From NCBI RefSeq assembly GCF_018350175.1, contig NC_058382.1, positions 59,398,001 through 59,462,000 of the forward strand: a DNA stretch of 64,000 nt. Direction: 5' to 3'. Origin of the DNA: Felis catus. Its lineage: Eukaryota. Position numbers and translations under genes: made by a program. Numbering within the stretch: position 1 is the stretch's first letter; every line of letters starts with the position of its first letter. Below are positions 10,951 through 23,965 of this stretch, in pieces. A model generated the notes under the pieces. The model made no database searches. It was given only the letters and a program-made list of their open reading frames with translations, and was not told the origin of the DNA.

Positions 10951-12639
10951 TCTGGTAAATTGTAGGTACTCAAAAGTCAGCCGCTTAAAACGTGCTTGTG
11001 TGTGGTCCTCAGCACAGGGACCGCCTTTCTTTTAACCAGCAAACAGACGAGCGCCTGTAAAGGTCCTGGTGGTCCTATGCCCTTACGGGTCTGTCATTTT
11101 TCTCGACTAAGTAGGGTTCTCTCTGGCTTTGATATTTCTTTCTTTTGAGGGAAAAGAGAAGTTGGGGAGTAGGAGGGTGGGAAGGGGGAGCCGATGGAAC
11201 CAGCTGCCTTCCATGGGCACTCTGGCGTTCCCTCGGTGAGCACTTCGGGGCTCGATTTTTCCACAACACCCTGCATTCCAGGAGGGGACCAGGGCCTCCG
11301 TGGGGCCGAGCCGCCTTCCGCTGCGAGACCCGGAAACAGCAGGAAGATGCAGGGGAGTCTGTGGCTTTACTTTGTCCCAGGAGCGGGAGGGTCCTGGCTG
11401 GGCTCAGAGGGCGGCCCGAAACCTTCCCCCACTCCAGGCCCAAACACCTCCCCGCAGAGTCTTGAAACACTGCTGTGTTTATCTGGAAGGCTGGCCCAGG
11501 CGGTGCTGAGGCTGGCGGTTTGGAGTGGGCTAGGGTGTCATCTTCCGAGCACGAGGCCCGGCCCCTCTCTGCAGGTGGCCGTGGCAAGGGTAAAGCAGGG
11601 GCTGGGGACACTGGACCTGGAGCCTCCGGCCTGAGCTCACAGCAATCCCAGGAAGGGGGCAGCCACCTGGACCCGGCTGCCTGGGGCCAGCTCATCAACG
11701 TGGGGGCCCGGACACCCTGGGCTCCTCTGCTCCAGTCTGCCTGCTATAGCCCAGGCCTCTAACACATCCGACACAACACAAACCTCCTATGCAGGGAACC
11801 CAGACCCTTCTCTGGCACTCAGCTGGTGCTAAAGACTTCAAGGGGCCCTTTCGGACCCTCTGGGACAAGGGACTCAGGCCAGGTCACCGTCCCCATGACA
11901 GGGAGGGGTTTCTGGGGCAAGCTCCAGCCACACCCACAGCACTGCGCCCTATACGGAGCCTTCCTCCCGGTACTCTGAGTGTTCGTAGCCAAACCTGACG
12001 GTTCTGGGACAGAAGGGCGGGCAGCATCCCTCCCCCGCACTCTGGACCTGACAGCCCCCGCCCCCAGTCCCTGGTGCAACACCATCCTCGATCTGGAGTC
12101 ACGAACGTCCTCTGTCCCTGCGCCCGGCTCCTGGCCTCCATCACGGGCTGCACTTGACTGCGCTTCATGTTATCTGCAGACTTGAAGCTGTTCTTGAAAT
12201 GTGCGTGTCGCGGTTTTGTGCGTGTGGATTTTAAAAAAATGTGTAAACGTTTTGATTGAAGGACAACATTCGTGCGGAGAAGCGCACCCACCCTGAGCGC
12301 ATGGTACACGGGCCGCGGCCAGGGAAGCAGCACCTGGGCTGAAGCACCGAGCGCCAGCAGCAGGCAAGCCGCAGGCCCCTGCGGGCACCACTCCACCTCC
12401 CCTCCAAGTGCACCGCCCTCATCACGGGCCGCAGTGTCGCCTTGTCCTCCTGCTCAGCACTGGGGCTCCCCCCACCACAGCGCTCCGTGCACAGCCAGTC
12501 TGCCATCTCCCAGCCCTGCCGCCTGCTCCACGCCATGCCCTCCCACCTCCGGGGTCTCACCACTCTCCCCAGCGCCCCCTCCACCACGAGCACCCCGTTT
12601 GACCTCAGCAAACCCAGGGAAACAGGCTGCTGGCCACAT

Positions 12640-13065
12640 TCCATTCCTGCGGCGGCTGCAACACATGGTCTCACACTCAGTGACCAAGATGGCACAACTT
12701 GACGCCTCCAACCTCCTCTGGAGCGCACAGGTTCACAGCGGGCCTCAGCGGGCTCAAGTCAATGTGGGGGCAGGGCTGCTTCGTTCCGGAGGCTCCAGGC
12801 TCCAGAACCTGCTTCTCGCCTCTTCCAGCTTCCAGAGATGCCACATCCTTCGTTCCAACTCTGCCTCTGTCACCACAGTCCTTCTCCAACTCGGACCCCT
12901 GGGTGCATGTCTTACAGCGACCCTCATGATGACATGGGGCCGGGGTCATCCAGGACCAAGTCCCCACCTCAGGGTCCTTCACTCAACCACATCTGAAGGG
13001 TCCCTTTTGTGTAGGGTAACACATTCATAGGTTCTGGGGACTGACGGACATGTCAGGGGAGGGGT
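12640..13065 (-). mobile_element. MaLR LTR (MLT1C/D-like)
   Basis: CAGGGCTGCTTCGTTCCGGAGGCTCC...CTTCCAGCTTCCAGAG...CACATCTGAAGGGTCCCTTTTG...GGTAACACATTCATAGGTTCTGGGGA. Confidence 0.65.
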
Positions 13066-15377
13066 GTGCTGAGTACAAGGATGCATAGGATTGACCAGTC
13101 CAAGCAGAAAGAACCGGCTTGAGCTCCCAAAGGTCTGTACCGGCTGATACTTTGTCCAGCAGAGCACAGAGTCCCCATCTTCCCTCCTTCCTTCCCTTCA
13201 GCGCCCCTGCCTTCCTTCAAGGAGCCCTGCTCAGCCCAAGACCTAGGAGAGCCCGGCCCCCTCATCTTGGAGGATAACTGAGACAAACTGGTCTCCAAAG
13301 GGTACATCTTGTAAAACATGAACACAGAATACCCAGTGCTGGTGAGGATGTGGTAGAAACAGCAGCCTCCTGCCCTCCCCACGAAAACAGAAAGCAAATT
13401 GGCCACCAGTCTCAAGAACCTTGACAACACTTGGACATTCTGGACCCCTAATTTGTTCTGGCAAACTCTCCCAGGGAAATAGTCCCAAATACTTCACGTG
13501 GAAAGGGCTGAATAAACAGTTACTCAGCTGAACTGAGCTGGACCTCCAGGCAGCAGGGGGCCGGCAGAGGAGGGGGCAAAGGTGAGCTTCGAGCATGACT
13601 CACACACCCTTCAGGAAAATAACCAAATGTACGTGCATCACATCGCATGAGAGAGAGCAAGTCCGGGGCTGAGGAGGGACATTCCTTCCTGTCTAGTGGG
13701 TGGTCACCTCTCCTCCCTCTACCAGGGCCCTCCCCCCAACCCCCAGGGCCCTCCCCCCACCCCCCGCTGATCTCTCCTCTTCCCTGTGGGGAAGGGTCAG
13801 GGCCACTACTTTCCAGCAGAGCAAATCATAAACACCAGAGAGAGAGGGAGAAGGTGAGGGAGAGGAGAGCCTGAGTCACAGAGAGGGAGAGGGAGGCCGG
13901 GCAGGAGCATGGGAACGGCGGAGACAGCTCTGTGCCGGCCGAGGGCGCGGGCTGGCGCCAGGAGTGAGGGGATCAGAGTCACCTGCGTCCCAGGATGAAG
14001 CATTCCCGCAGACCCTGGGCCCCACAGAGTGGACCTGACCGAGGTGAACTGGCCTTCTAATTAAGAGCCATGTGGAGGGTGCCCCTCTGGCAGAGGAACT
14101 AAAGAGCACCCCCCTCCACCCCAGGGCCTGGAACTCGGACATGATGGCCACCATCCTGGTCCACAGGGGCCACGTCCCGGGAGGGCAGAGAGGTAAGCCA
14201 GAAGGGCCTGGATCCCCAAGACTGTGCGGTGGCCGTGCCCACCAGCCCCCCACAGCCCATGCCAGGACTCCTGAGACGCAGAAGAGAAATCAACGTCCAT
14301 TGTCGTTAGGCACTATTTTTCCAGTCTGTACCGCTCTTGGCTGACTCCACTCCCAACTGGTACCATGCCCAATAAATAACAAGAATATTACTTACTGTCA
14401 TAAACGTCAGAGTTCTAATTAAAACTGTTATAATTGTATAAATGATATAACATCTTATCACTTAGACCTGGACGAGCGGGGCCCTTACCCCAGGGCCCAA
14501 CCTCAGGGGGCCCCTTCCCCCAAATCTTCCAAATTCCCTCCAGCAGCTGGGACAAGCCAGGTAGGCAGTGCCATCCAAGCGGGCCACCACAAGCCAGGAG
14601 GGGGTCCATTTGAGCCTCGGACCTCATTCCCCCCTCCCTCCACCCTCCACATCGGAGGTCGGCCAGACACTCTCAGGAGCGCGGGGACTTGCCCCTGTGG
14701 GCCGTCCCGGGGTTCTACAGCCAAGCCTGCACCACTGATGTTGCCAGTACATTTCACGCAGGACTGCATGTGACTGGGCCACCAGGATGGTGTTGACAGT
14801 CTGACTTGGGGTCATTCGGATGGCTTACTAAGACCCCAGCCCTGCAGAAATATCCGCCTGGAGCCCGGCACATCCCACAAGCAGCCCTGTCGTCGTCACT
14901 ATTAAATGCTAGTAATTCCTGCTAATCACAAACAGAGCGTACCAGTCTAAAACTCCACAGCAGAAAAGCTGACTCCTCTTCTGAAAAGTGAGGGACCTGG
15001 GAACCAACTTCCTACAGCCACGGGGGGCCACCCCATCCGTGTCCCAGAGGGTCCCACTCCTGAGGAAGCAGACACCCATGCGTTCCCCTCTCTGCCTCCA
15101 TCGTGCCCACCTTGCCACCCTACAGGCTTCTCAAAGCGAGGAGCCAGTGCTCCAGGACCTGTCTCTCTGAATCTGTCTTTACATCTCTGTTAAAATGTCT
15201 GCCCAGAGCTTCTGAGCCCAGCAGACACCAAGGAAGGACAGCAGCACCAGGAAAACCATGGGGGGGTGTGATGCACAGGGCTGTACATATTCACTCCTCA
15301 GTCACAGAGCCAGCCCGTAAGCAAGGCTGCTAACTCCCCTGGATGACAGGTGAAGATTCCGGGGCAGGGAGGCCAAT

Positions 15378-15503
15378 GTAGGATGCGGGTCATCTGTAAG
15401 AAAGACATGGCGGTCACCTGTAGGATGGGGGCACCTGTAGGACAGGGGTCACTGGTAGCACTGAGGTCACCTGTAGGACGGGAGTCACCTGCAGGATGGG
15501 GTC
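15378..15503. repeat. Degenerate ~17-18-bp tandem repeat (GGTCACCTGTAGGAYGG), ~6 units
   Basis: Repeated GTCACCTGTAGGA units visible directly. Confidence 0.75.
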
Positions 15504-15818
15504 CTACTCAGCATGAGGCTGTAGTCACACCCGACATGGACAGCCAAGAGGAAGGAGGGAAGGGGACAGTGCAGGGAGCGCACAGAGCAAACACAACCGT
15601 GCTGACACCGTTACAACAGTTCAGCTCTGCAGCGAAAGGCCGATCCGGCCCCTCAAACTCACTCTGCCTCGGGTATCACCAAGGGAGGGTGTCTGCGTTC
15701 CATCCTCAGCCCCCGGCCCCCCGCCAGTCTGAGCGGCCCTCAGGGAGCCCGGGAAGTGGTACTTGAACTCCTGGCTGACTGAGCTGTGCAGCGGCTACTG
15801 GACCACAGTTGCTCTGAA

Positions 15819-15918
15819 TTTGTTCCCTTCGAGCACCCCGGCCCCCTGCCTCCTCTTGGGAGACAGCCTTTCGTCCCTTCCAGCACCCCGGCCCCCTGCC
15901 TCCTCTCGGGAGACAGCC
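15819..15918. repeat. 50-bp tandem duplication
   Basis: 15819-15868 versus 15869-15918, 4 mismatches. Confidence 0.9.
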
Positions 15919-16689
15919 CCGTGCTATCTCTGCAATGCAGCACAAGGCAGCCTCCATGCCTCATTCCAAATCGCAGATAAGGACCTAAGACCCGGGCCAA
16001 AGCACACCGTGGGTCAACGACGAGGCTCACTGCCCCCCCGACCCCTACCTGTTGGCCCCTGGCGCCAAGCTGAACCCTGTGCCACGGGAAGCAGCCTCTG
16101 GTACATAAGCATCGGAACATGGAAGCGGACGAGAGGGAAAGGACGCCACGCTGGCGGTGCCCAAGCCCGCCCGGGTGAGACCACCTGACCCCCGCAGGCC
16201 TTGCCGGCCTGGCAGCGGAGACGTGGGAGGGCGACGGCAGGGTGCCTGTCCGGGGCCCGTCCCGCAATCTGTTTCCAATTCCCTGACACAGGGGGCCATT
16301 GATCCTCCCCACTTGGCGGCCGTGCCGCGGGCTCCGCGTGCCTCAAGGATTGCACGCTGAGTGAACTCTGCCGGGCGGCAGGACAACGCGTTCCATTGTT
16401 CCCCACCCGCCTTCCCAACGCCCTGATTGGCAAGCAATGTCTCCGAGAGACGGATGGAAGGAAACGCTCCCCGGGCCGAGGCTTCCCCACCAGGCTGAAG
16501 AGCCCCTGTCACTGAGGCGGTTTTGCGGGGAGTGGCGGGCTGGGCTCACTTCTGTCACTTCCTCCTCATCGGTCCCTGCTCCCCAGGAATTAACCTCCAA
16601 ATGGGGGTGAGCCGCGGGACCATTCACCCAGACTTCCCAGGGCAGGCCAAACTGCAAATACTCCATCTATCACCGGTAATTAATACAAT

Positions 16690-16925
16690 TGTTACTACTG
16701 CAATTTACTGGGCATTCGCCACACGTGAAGCACAAGCACCACGTAACCGCCGGGCGCAGGGGGTATATAAGGCACCTGCTCCGTGCCTGGCACTGTGACG
16801 CCAGCCCTCCTTCTCCTTCAGTCCTGCAGACACAGAGGAAGGTGCTGCTGTTAGCCCCCTTTCATAGATGGGAAGACAGACAGACGGACAGAATCTGAAT
16901 CCAGGCATGTCTGCTCCTAAGCCCC
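16690..16925 (-). mobile_element. MIR fragment
   Basis: CTGTTAGCCCCCTTTCATAGATGGGAAGACAGA...ATCTGAATCCAGGCATGTCTG antisense MIR. Confidence 0.45.
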
Positions 16926-18899
16926 TGCTGCCTCTTCCTTAAAAAAACTCACAAACCCCTTCCACTCCTCAGCTCAAAGCCCTCACGTTGTGCCCCTCTC
17001 CTCGGCCTCCCCTCCTCGGGGGTCAGGCACAGCGGTTGTCCCCGAGGTCGCACCAGCACACGACGGGCGAGCTCTGGGTCTCCCTTTGGTGGGCAGAGGG
17101 GTGCGGAACCCGAGAGGATGTGATGCAGCTGCACGCTTCGAGGCGCAGCATCGCCGAGTGAAGGACATCACATCACAGGCGAGACAGGCACGTGGGAGTG
17201 AGTCCCGGCACCACGCACGAATGGCCTCTTTGCACAAGGGAAGGCTCCAGAGCAGCCGGCAAAGGCCACCAGCACGGGTGTCAAGGAGGAGGCAGGACTG
17301 ACCGTGACACAGGCAACAGGCAGCAAGGGACACAAGCGTCCGGGGAGGATATGCCAGAGCCAAGAGGGGAGCTAAACGGGGCGGCTAAAGACCAAAGCAG
17401 GAGGCTGGGGCATGACACGGTTTCTGGTGTCTTTGTCACCCGGTAGTCAAAGCCCTCCTGTGAAACGAGCCTGGGTGCCATTCCAGCCCCAGAAGAGGCC
17501 GGGAGGAGCTCCCTGGGGAGGGACAAAACCCCTGTGAGGAGTGGTGACCGCTGGCCAACCGCTCTCCTCCCGCATCGCAGTCCGTCTCCACAGGGCTACC
17601 AATCCATCCGCGTTCGCGCGTGAGGAGAAACCCATGTGCTACGTCTGCTCTGCTGGGTGATCTGTTTTTCCCCTCCTAATTCCCTCCGACGTTACTTTTG
17701 GTCACGATCTTCCATCCTCTGGGCTGCCACGCACGGCTCCGTGGCCTCCTGCACAGCCCCAAACCGGGCCGCGGGCGCTATAGTAACACTTTCCGAGGAT
17801 CACGTCGTCTTCTCTGAATTACGTGGTTGGAACCCTGGACCTGCCAACTGTGTCTGAGGGTTTCCAGCCTTGGGCTTTTGGGCCAAAAGCTGCCTTCACT
17901 GTGAGCCACTTCCTTCCATCAGAAAGGCATGTGTAAGCCTCGCTCAAACCCAGGAACCGAGATGTAGCCGTGCGGAGGCGGGACGGCCGGCGCCAGGACA
18001 GACAGACTCTCCGCCAAACAGAGCTGGTGGAGGAGGGCGGTTCACCGACACCCACCCCTTGAGCTGGACCTTCCTGAGGGTTCTGCCATCAGGGTGACCC
18101 GGCGTCACCCCCAAGCAGCGCTAACGACACGGAAGAAACCTGCCCGGGAGAGGGCCCTCCGAACCCAGGACACCTGCCTCATCAGCGTTTCTGGGGGCAC
18201 CTGACAAAAACCACAGAGGCAACTCCCTTAGGCTAAGAAGAATGAAAATAAAAATAAGCAAAATAGTAAAAACAAACAAGAAAGCAGAATTGTTATATGA
18301 AAAGATGGAGGGGATCCCAGTGCATCCTGCATGGTTGCCCAGACGGTACGCGGTTTAATGCTCTGCTGCTGCATCTTGAAATCCTGTTTTATCTTTGAGC
18401 GGCTCAGTCCTGCCGGGGACCTCGGGGACACGGCTCAGAACCAGCCTGGGCCCACCCCCAAGCCGGGCGGAGGAGTCTGGGCTATCTATTCTCTAGTCCC
18501 ATCCCTCGCCCACTAAGGACACATCTCCGGTGTGCCTTGGCGGGCTGAGAGGGGCTGCCGGGTGGGAAATGTGGGGTCCTTGCAGACGGTCACCAGCACG
18601 CCCTGGGAAGGTGAGCATCAAGGGTATGAAGGCTGGCTGGCTACCCAGCCAGCGGGCGCTGCAGAATGAGAGTACGGATGGTGGATGGTTCCACCCAGCG
18701 TAATTCCAGGCAAAACCGTGCCTAGCGGCATCTCACTCTCGGCAGGCCTGGTGCCGGCACCACTAAGAATCCCGAAGCTCAGGCCATGCCAACATGGCAG
18801 CACGCCTTGCATTTATGCCACAACCCTGCTTGGAACTTAGCCGAGAAATGCAAACTCGGCCCCGGCCTCCAAAGCCCAGCTCCCGTGACCTTTGGCCCC

Positions 18900-19318
18900 T
18901 GACCCCGGCCCACCTCCCTCATTGCAGGAGGATCACTGCAGCTGTGCTGGCCTTTCCCCACACACAGTCCCTTTCTCACCTTCGGGCCCTTCTAGAAGCT
19001 TTGCCCTCTGTCTGCAATGTTCATCCCTCCTTCTCCCCTTCGTGTCTGGGTCCTTGTCACCCTCCAGTACAGCTCAGATGTCACCTGCTCAGAGAGGTTT
19101 TCCAGGCTGTGCCAGCTCCCTTCCAGTAATTTCCAGCATGGTGCCCTGTCCTCTGGGGCCTCGTCACCTCTGATGGCGACGTTTCTTTTCCAATAGTCTA
19201 TCTTCCCACTCACTTTACATTCCTCCAGACAGGCGCCTCCCCTGCTTCTCTCATCCACACATTCCTGGCGCTGGACACCATGTCCTGAGGCTCAGTATTT
19301 GGCAAACGAATAAATAAA
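18900..19318 (+). mobile_element. L2 LINE 3' end
   Basis: CAGCTCAGATGTCACCTGCTCAGAGAGGTTTTCC and terminal GCTCAGTATTTGGCAAACGAATAAATAAAT. Confidence 0.65.
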
Positions 19319-19487
19319 TTTGGCTTCCTTAAGTCTCTGCCTTCAAAGGGAGCCTTTTGCACATCAACAGTCATGCTGTAACAGAAAAACCGTGGACTGG
19401 GGGCCCGTGGCAGGAGGCCTGGGGGAGAGCTTTCGCCGGTACCAACTTGCATGTGCCCTTGGCTATGCTGCTGAGACCCCATGGGGG

Positions 19488-20209
19488 GCACACAGGAGGC
19501 AGACACAGGAAGTGGACACAGGACGCGGACACGGGAGGCGGACATGGGAGGTGGACACAGGACGCAGACACAGGAGGCGGACACAGGAGGCGGACACAGG
19601 ACGCGGACACAGGAGGCGGACACAGGAGGCAGACACGGGACGCAGACACGGGAGGCGGACACGAGAGGCGGACACGGGACGCAGACACGGGAGGCGGACA
19701 CGGGAGGTGGACACGGGAGGCAGACACGGGAGGTGGACACGGGAGGCGGACACGGGACACGGACATGGGAGGTGGACACGGGAGGCGGACACGGGAGGCA
19801 GACACAGGACGCGGGAGGCGGATGCGGGACGTGGACACAGGAGGCGGACACGGGACGCGGACACGGGAGGCGGACACGGGACGCAGACATGGGACGCGGA
19901 CGTGGGATGTGGACACAGGAGGTGGACATGGGAGGCGGACACGGGACGCAGACACAGGAGGCGGACATGGGACGCGGACACGGGACGCGGACACGGGAGG
20001 TGGACACGGGACGCGGACACGGGAGGCGGACACAGGAGGCGGACACGGGATGCGGACACGGGACGCGGACACGGGACGCAGACACAGGACGCGGGAGGCA
20101 GACACGGGATGCAGACACAGGAGGCGGACACGGGATGCGGACACGGGACGTGGACGTGGGACGCGGACATGGGAGGCGGACACGGGAGGCGGACATGGGA
20201 CGCGGACAC
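19488..20209. repeat. G-rich 13-bp minisatellite (GGACACRGGASGC), ~55 units
   Basis: Direct tandem units with GGAGGC/GGACGC and CAC/CAT variants; explains the six overlapping ORFs. Confidence 0.97.
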
Positions 20210-20741
20210 CGCACCACCTCTGTCCCTCTGTGCTGAACTGACCTGCTGCCCTAGAAGCCCCCAGCACCCACAGGGCCTCCTGCCCAGCAGCAAAGAGGTG
20301 GGCAAATCACTTCCAGAACATGGGGGAGCTGGGGCCTCCTCCATCCCACCCGGGGGCTGCGCCCCCCTCAATCCAGCCCACCTCCGAGGACACCAGGGCA
20401 CGTGGATGGGGAGATAGACCGTCTCCTGAAACCATCCCTCTGGGAGGGCGGGCTCGGCACTGGGAGAGGCAGCTGCATATGCATCTGAGGGAAGGGCAGG
20501 CAGCCACTGAAAACAGCCCTGCCCGGCTCCCCGCACGACAGAGACATCCCAGTATCTGTCTTCCCGCTGCCTCTCTCCCCCGGACCCTGGCGCCGGGTTC
20601 ACGTTTGGCCCTGAAAAATGAGAACAGGCTTGGCTGGGAAGCAGGAGGCAACTGAGCTCTGTAAAGGGGTCCTGAATTTTTAAAAATTAAAACTTGAGAG
20701 TAAATCATCAGTGACTCAGAAAAAAAATTTCCTTCCAATCT

Positions 20742-21210
20742 GGAGGTTCTTAACCTTTGGGGGAACTCAGACCCCTTTGGAAGTCTTATAAAACCAATGA
20801 GCCCCTTCTCAGAATGTTTTTAAATACATCAAGTGTGCAGGATTACAAAGGAAACAATTATGTTGAAATACAGTGATTAAACTATTTTCAATTGTGATAC
20901 AGTCACATATGTGCTTTGTCAGGAACACAGATCTCACAGCCTAACGGCTCCTTTAACTCAAAGTAGCCCTGAGCTCAGATTATAGTTGAGCAGCCAAGAC
21001 CGTCCCACGAGGAGGAAATGTCTGTGATTTTGCTCATGACCAAGTCTCAGACTCTGTCAGTGCTACTGGCTTGTTCCCTTTATCCACAATGGAAGGAAAT
21101 GCTAAATTTCAGTTAGCAGTTGGGGAAAATAAAGACGCGATGTTTTTCCATCCAGTCTGCGGGTCCCCTGAGCTCTCTCCACAGATACCTTGGTTGGGGG
21201 CCCCAGGGAC
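20742..21210. mobile_element. hAT-Charlie element (MER119-like), near complete
   Basis: TCTTAACCTTT...GACCCCTTTGG...CCCCTTCTCAGAATGTTTTTAAAT...GGATTACAAAGGAAAC...GAAGGAAATGCTAAATTTCAGTTAG...GAAAATAAAGA. Confidence 0.7.
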
Positions 21211-21624
21211 CTCATAAGGTTCCTGGATGCCATTTGGGTCCCGCTCACAGAGCTAGCAAAAAGCATTCGGCAATGAGTCTTCAGCCATTTGGGGGCTAGC
21301 GTTTGCGAAGTGCAAAATATTCAAAATTTCATACTTTTTTTTTTTTTTTTAAATGAAAAGAATACCTCCGGGAATGGGGAAGAATTTGAACTAGATTTGG
21401 TGGTCTGGCCTAGATGCAGGGTACAGGATAAACGTTTCCTCCTCTTTGGCCTCTGTCTTCTGCACGTGTCTTATTTTTAATTGTTCCTAAACTAACATAA
21501 CAAAAGGAGGGATTCACTGGAGAAAGGTGGCTCAAAGCTTTCATGGCAACACTGCACAAGCTGGCACTGTCTGCATTTTCCACAATGGGTGGAGATCCTA
21601 TCACATCTTAAATTAAGAGCTACT

Positions 21625-22500
21625 TAAACAGTCACTGAATTGTACACTTTAAATGGGTGAATCATGTGGTATGACAATTATATCTCAATAAAAGCTGTTA
21701 ACTTTTTCAATTCATTAATTAACTAGACACTGGGGACAGACTGGATGTACGTGGCGAACTTGGACAACTAACTAACTAAAGTTAACCAATCAAACACTTA
21801 AAAAGAGAGACGCTAGGCCATTCAGGAGATGTAAACATTGTGCGCATACTGGATGAAATCGAGTAGTGACTGCTAAACATTTTGGGTATGATGACACCAA
21901 GGCTGTGTCTAACAGAAGAGATCACGAGTGTGTAAGGCATCTCTTCGTTTTATATCTTGCAAGGTGTGCAAATCTACAACTAACTCAACATAAAATTTTT
22001 ATTTAAAAAATACATAGATATGTGTCTTTTAGAGACACATACTGACCTAGTGAGAGATGAAAAGATACAGTATCGGGAATTTGTTTCAAAATAAGCCCAG
22101 CAGCAGGTGCCTGGGTGGCTCATAGTTAAGCATCTGACTTCAGCTCAGATCACGATCTCACAGTTTGTGAGTCCGAGTCCCACATCTGGTGATCTCGAGC
22201 CCCACTTCGGGTGAGTCCCGCTTCTCTCTCTCTCCACCTCTCTCTCTCTCTGCCCCTCACTCGCTTGCGCCCTCTTTCTCAAAAATAAATAAATAAATAA
22301 ATAAGCAAGCAAGCAAGCAAACAAGCAAACAAACAAAAACACAAAGAAACAGACAGCCCCGGCTGGCGGAGTGAGTGCGAGGGCAGAGGAAGTAACGCCA
22401 ATGCTGGTTGTGGCCACGGTTGGGTAGCAGAGGCTCCCAGAACATCCTCCTACTTTTGTAGACGTGTGGAATTGTCTGTAATAAAACATTTTGAAATGCT
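21625..22500 (+). mobile_element. Old L1 (L1MC/ME-like) 3' UTR fragments interrupted by a SINE
   Basis: CACTGAATTGTACACTTTAAATGGGTGAATCATGTGGTATGACAATTATATCTCAATAAAAGCTGTT; GAATTTGTTTCAAAATAA. Confidence 0.6.
22104..22345 (+). mobile_element. Can-SINE variant (GAGCCCCACTTCGGGTGAG internal motif) with AAAT/AAGC/AAAC microsatellite tail
   Basis: GGTGCCTGGGTGGCTCATAGTTAAG head, (CT)n, compound A-rich tail. Confidence 0.85.
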
Positions 22501-23675
22501 AACCTTTTTTTAATTAACAAAACATTTTAAGTGGCTCATCTTTTCCTTTAAACTGTCTACTGGCCAAGCCAGAACAATGAAAATCACACAAGATAATCAT
22601 GTTTCTAGAAGAATCAAGTTTTGTGTTTTAAAGACTCTAGAAGGAAAGAAGTACTGTGTTTTCCTTTTCTAAGCTGAGGGAATTCTAAGTAACACAACTC
22701 TTGTCCTTCCTGCCCCCGACAACATAAATCACCCCACGGGCATAAGGAGGCTGTGGTTCCTGGTACTCTGCTCCCAGGGGGCTGGGCTTCTGGAGCACCC
22801 TCGGGGCAGGCAAGGGAGTCCCGGAATCAAGGCCCAGACCCAGGGTCCCAGAACTATCTCGGCTGCCAGAGACCCCTTCCCCACTCTGAGCCTCAGTTTC
22901 CCCACTGTCTAACCGAGGAAGTTGGTGCTAGAAGCATTCTCTAGGCTTCTTTCAAGCTAGTTTGCTCTGGGATCACTGGATCCATGTTTACTTGGGCTCT
23001 GGCTGAGCAGGGACTGGGGCCTGCAGGCCGCCCTTCATCACACAGGCTCTGACATGCCCCTCGCCGGGACCCTGGGGAAGTCACAGGCCCCTGCTGCTTC
23101 CCAAAACACGCACGTTCCATGCCCCGCCGCGGGCCCAGCATGGAGGGCTGGGTGGAGGCATCCACACAGTGCTCATCCTGACTGCAAAGGGCCAGGCCCA
23201 AAGGTGTTTACAGGGTCCCTGCCAGCGAGGATGGAGGGTGTGAGCAGTGAGCCTCTCTCTGGCCTGGCCTCTGGACTTTCCAGCTTCCTTTGGGCCTCAC
23301 CCCGCTCCACCTCGGGCAGCCCCGAGCATACACTCATCTCCCAGCTGTTCCCTCGCTAGGACTCAGGCAGACACAGACACAGGACCTGGAGGTAACTGGG
23401 ATTGACGAGCGCTTGACAGCATCACTGGCCATATGAGGCACGGACCAGGCATGGATCCCCTTGGGAGGCCCTCGACTCTCTCGTGTGGCCCCAGTTCACA
23501 CCCAAGCCCTGTAGCCACTTGGTGACACGGATTCCCTTCTCAAAATCCCCACAAGGCTCCCACCCTACATTCAGGCATCCCAACCCACCCCGCCTTTTGG
23601 GCTCTGGACACCCTGGTCCCAAACCACCATTTCAACTGGGTCCACACCTCTCGTCAAAGACTCCTCCCTACGGAT

Positions 23676-23965
23676 AGGCATTCTCCAGAGTGGGTTCCAT
23701 AGGAAAGTGTCCTACAGCACGTCTGTGGGCATCACACCTACTGAAGGACTCCAAGGTCAAATCATTTGGCAAACATGGGGCTGAACAAATCTACCAGTGT
23801 TTTCTGTGGGACTTCTCAGTGACTTTGCCGTGCCAACGAGCACCATGGGTTTGAACCACCAAGAGGGGCACAGGGATGTCATATTTTCTCTGCTGATTTA
23901 ACCTTGGGACTTGTTATCACGAGCACCTTAGGGACCAAATACACACTTTGGAGAATGATGCTCTA
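23676..23965. mobile_element. hAT-Charlie MITE (MER112/113-like)
   Basis: Imperfect inverted termini CATTCTCCAGAGTG...CACTTTGGAGAATG; internal GGTCAAATCATTTGGCAAAC, GGACTTCTCAG, CCAAGAGGGG. Confidence 0.55.

Noticed and set aside
11565..11582. CTCF-like motifs (also near 13550, 42700, 63615)
   Set aside because: Each mismatches core positions; such near-matches are expected by chance in GC-rich DNA
19210..20602. Six overlapping 250-380-aa ORFs (Cys/Pro-rich, keratin-associated-like)
   Set aside because: All are translations of a stop-free 13-bp minisatellite; the period is not a multiple of 3 and no frame is preferred
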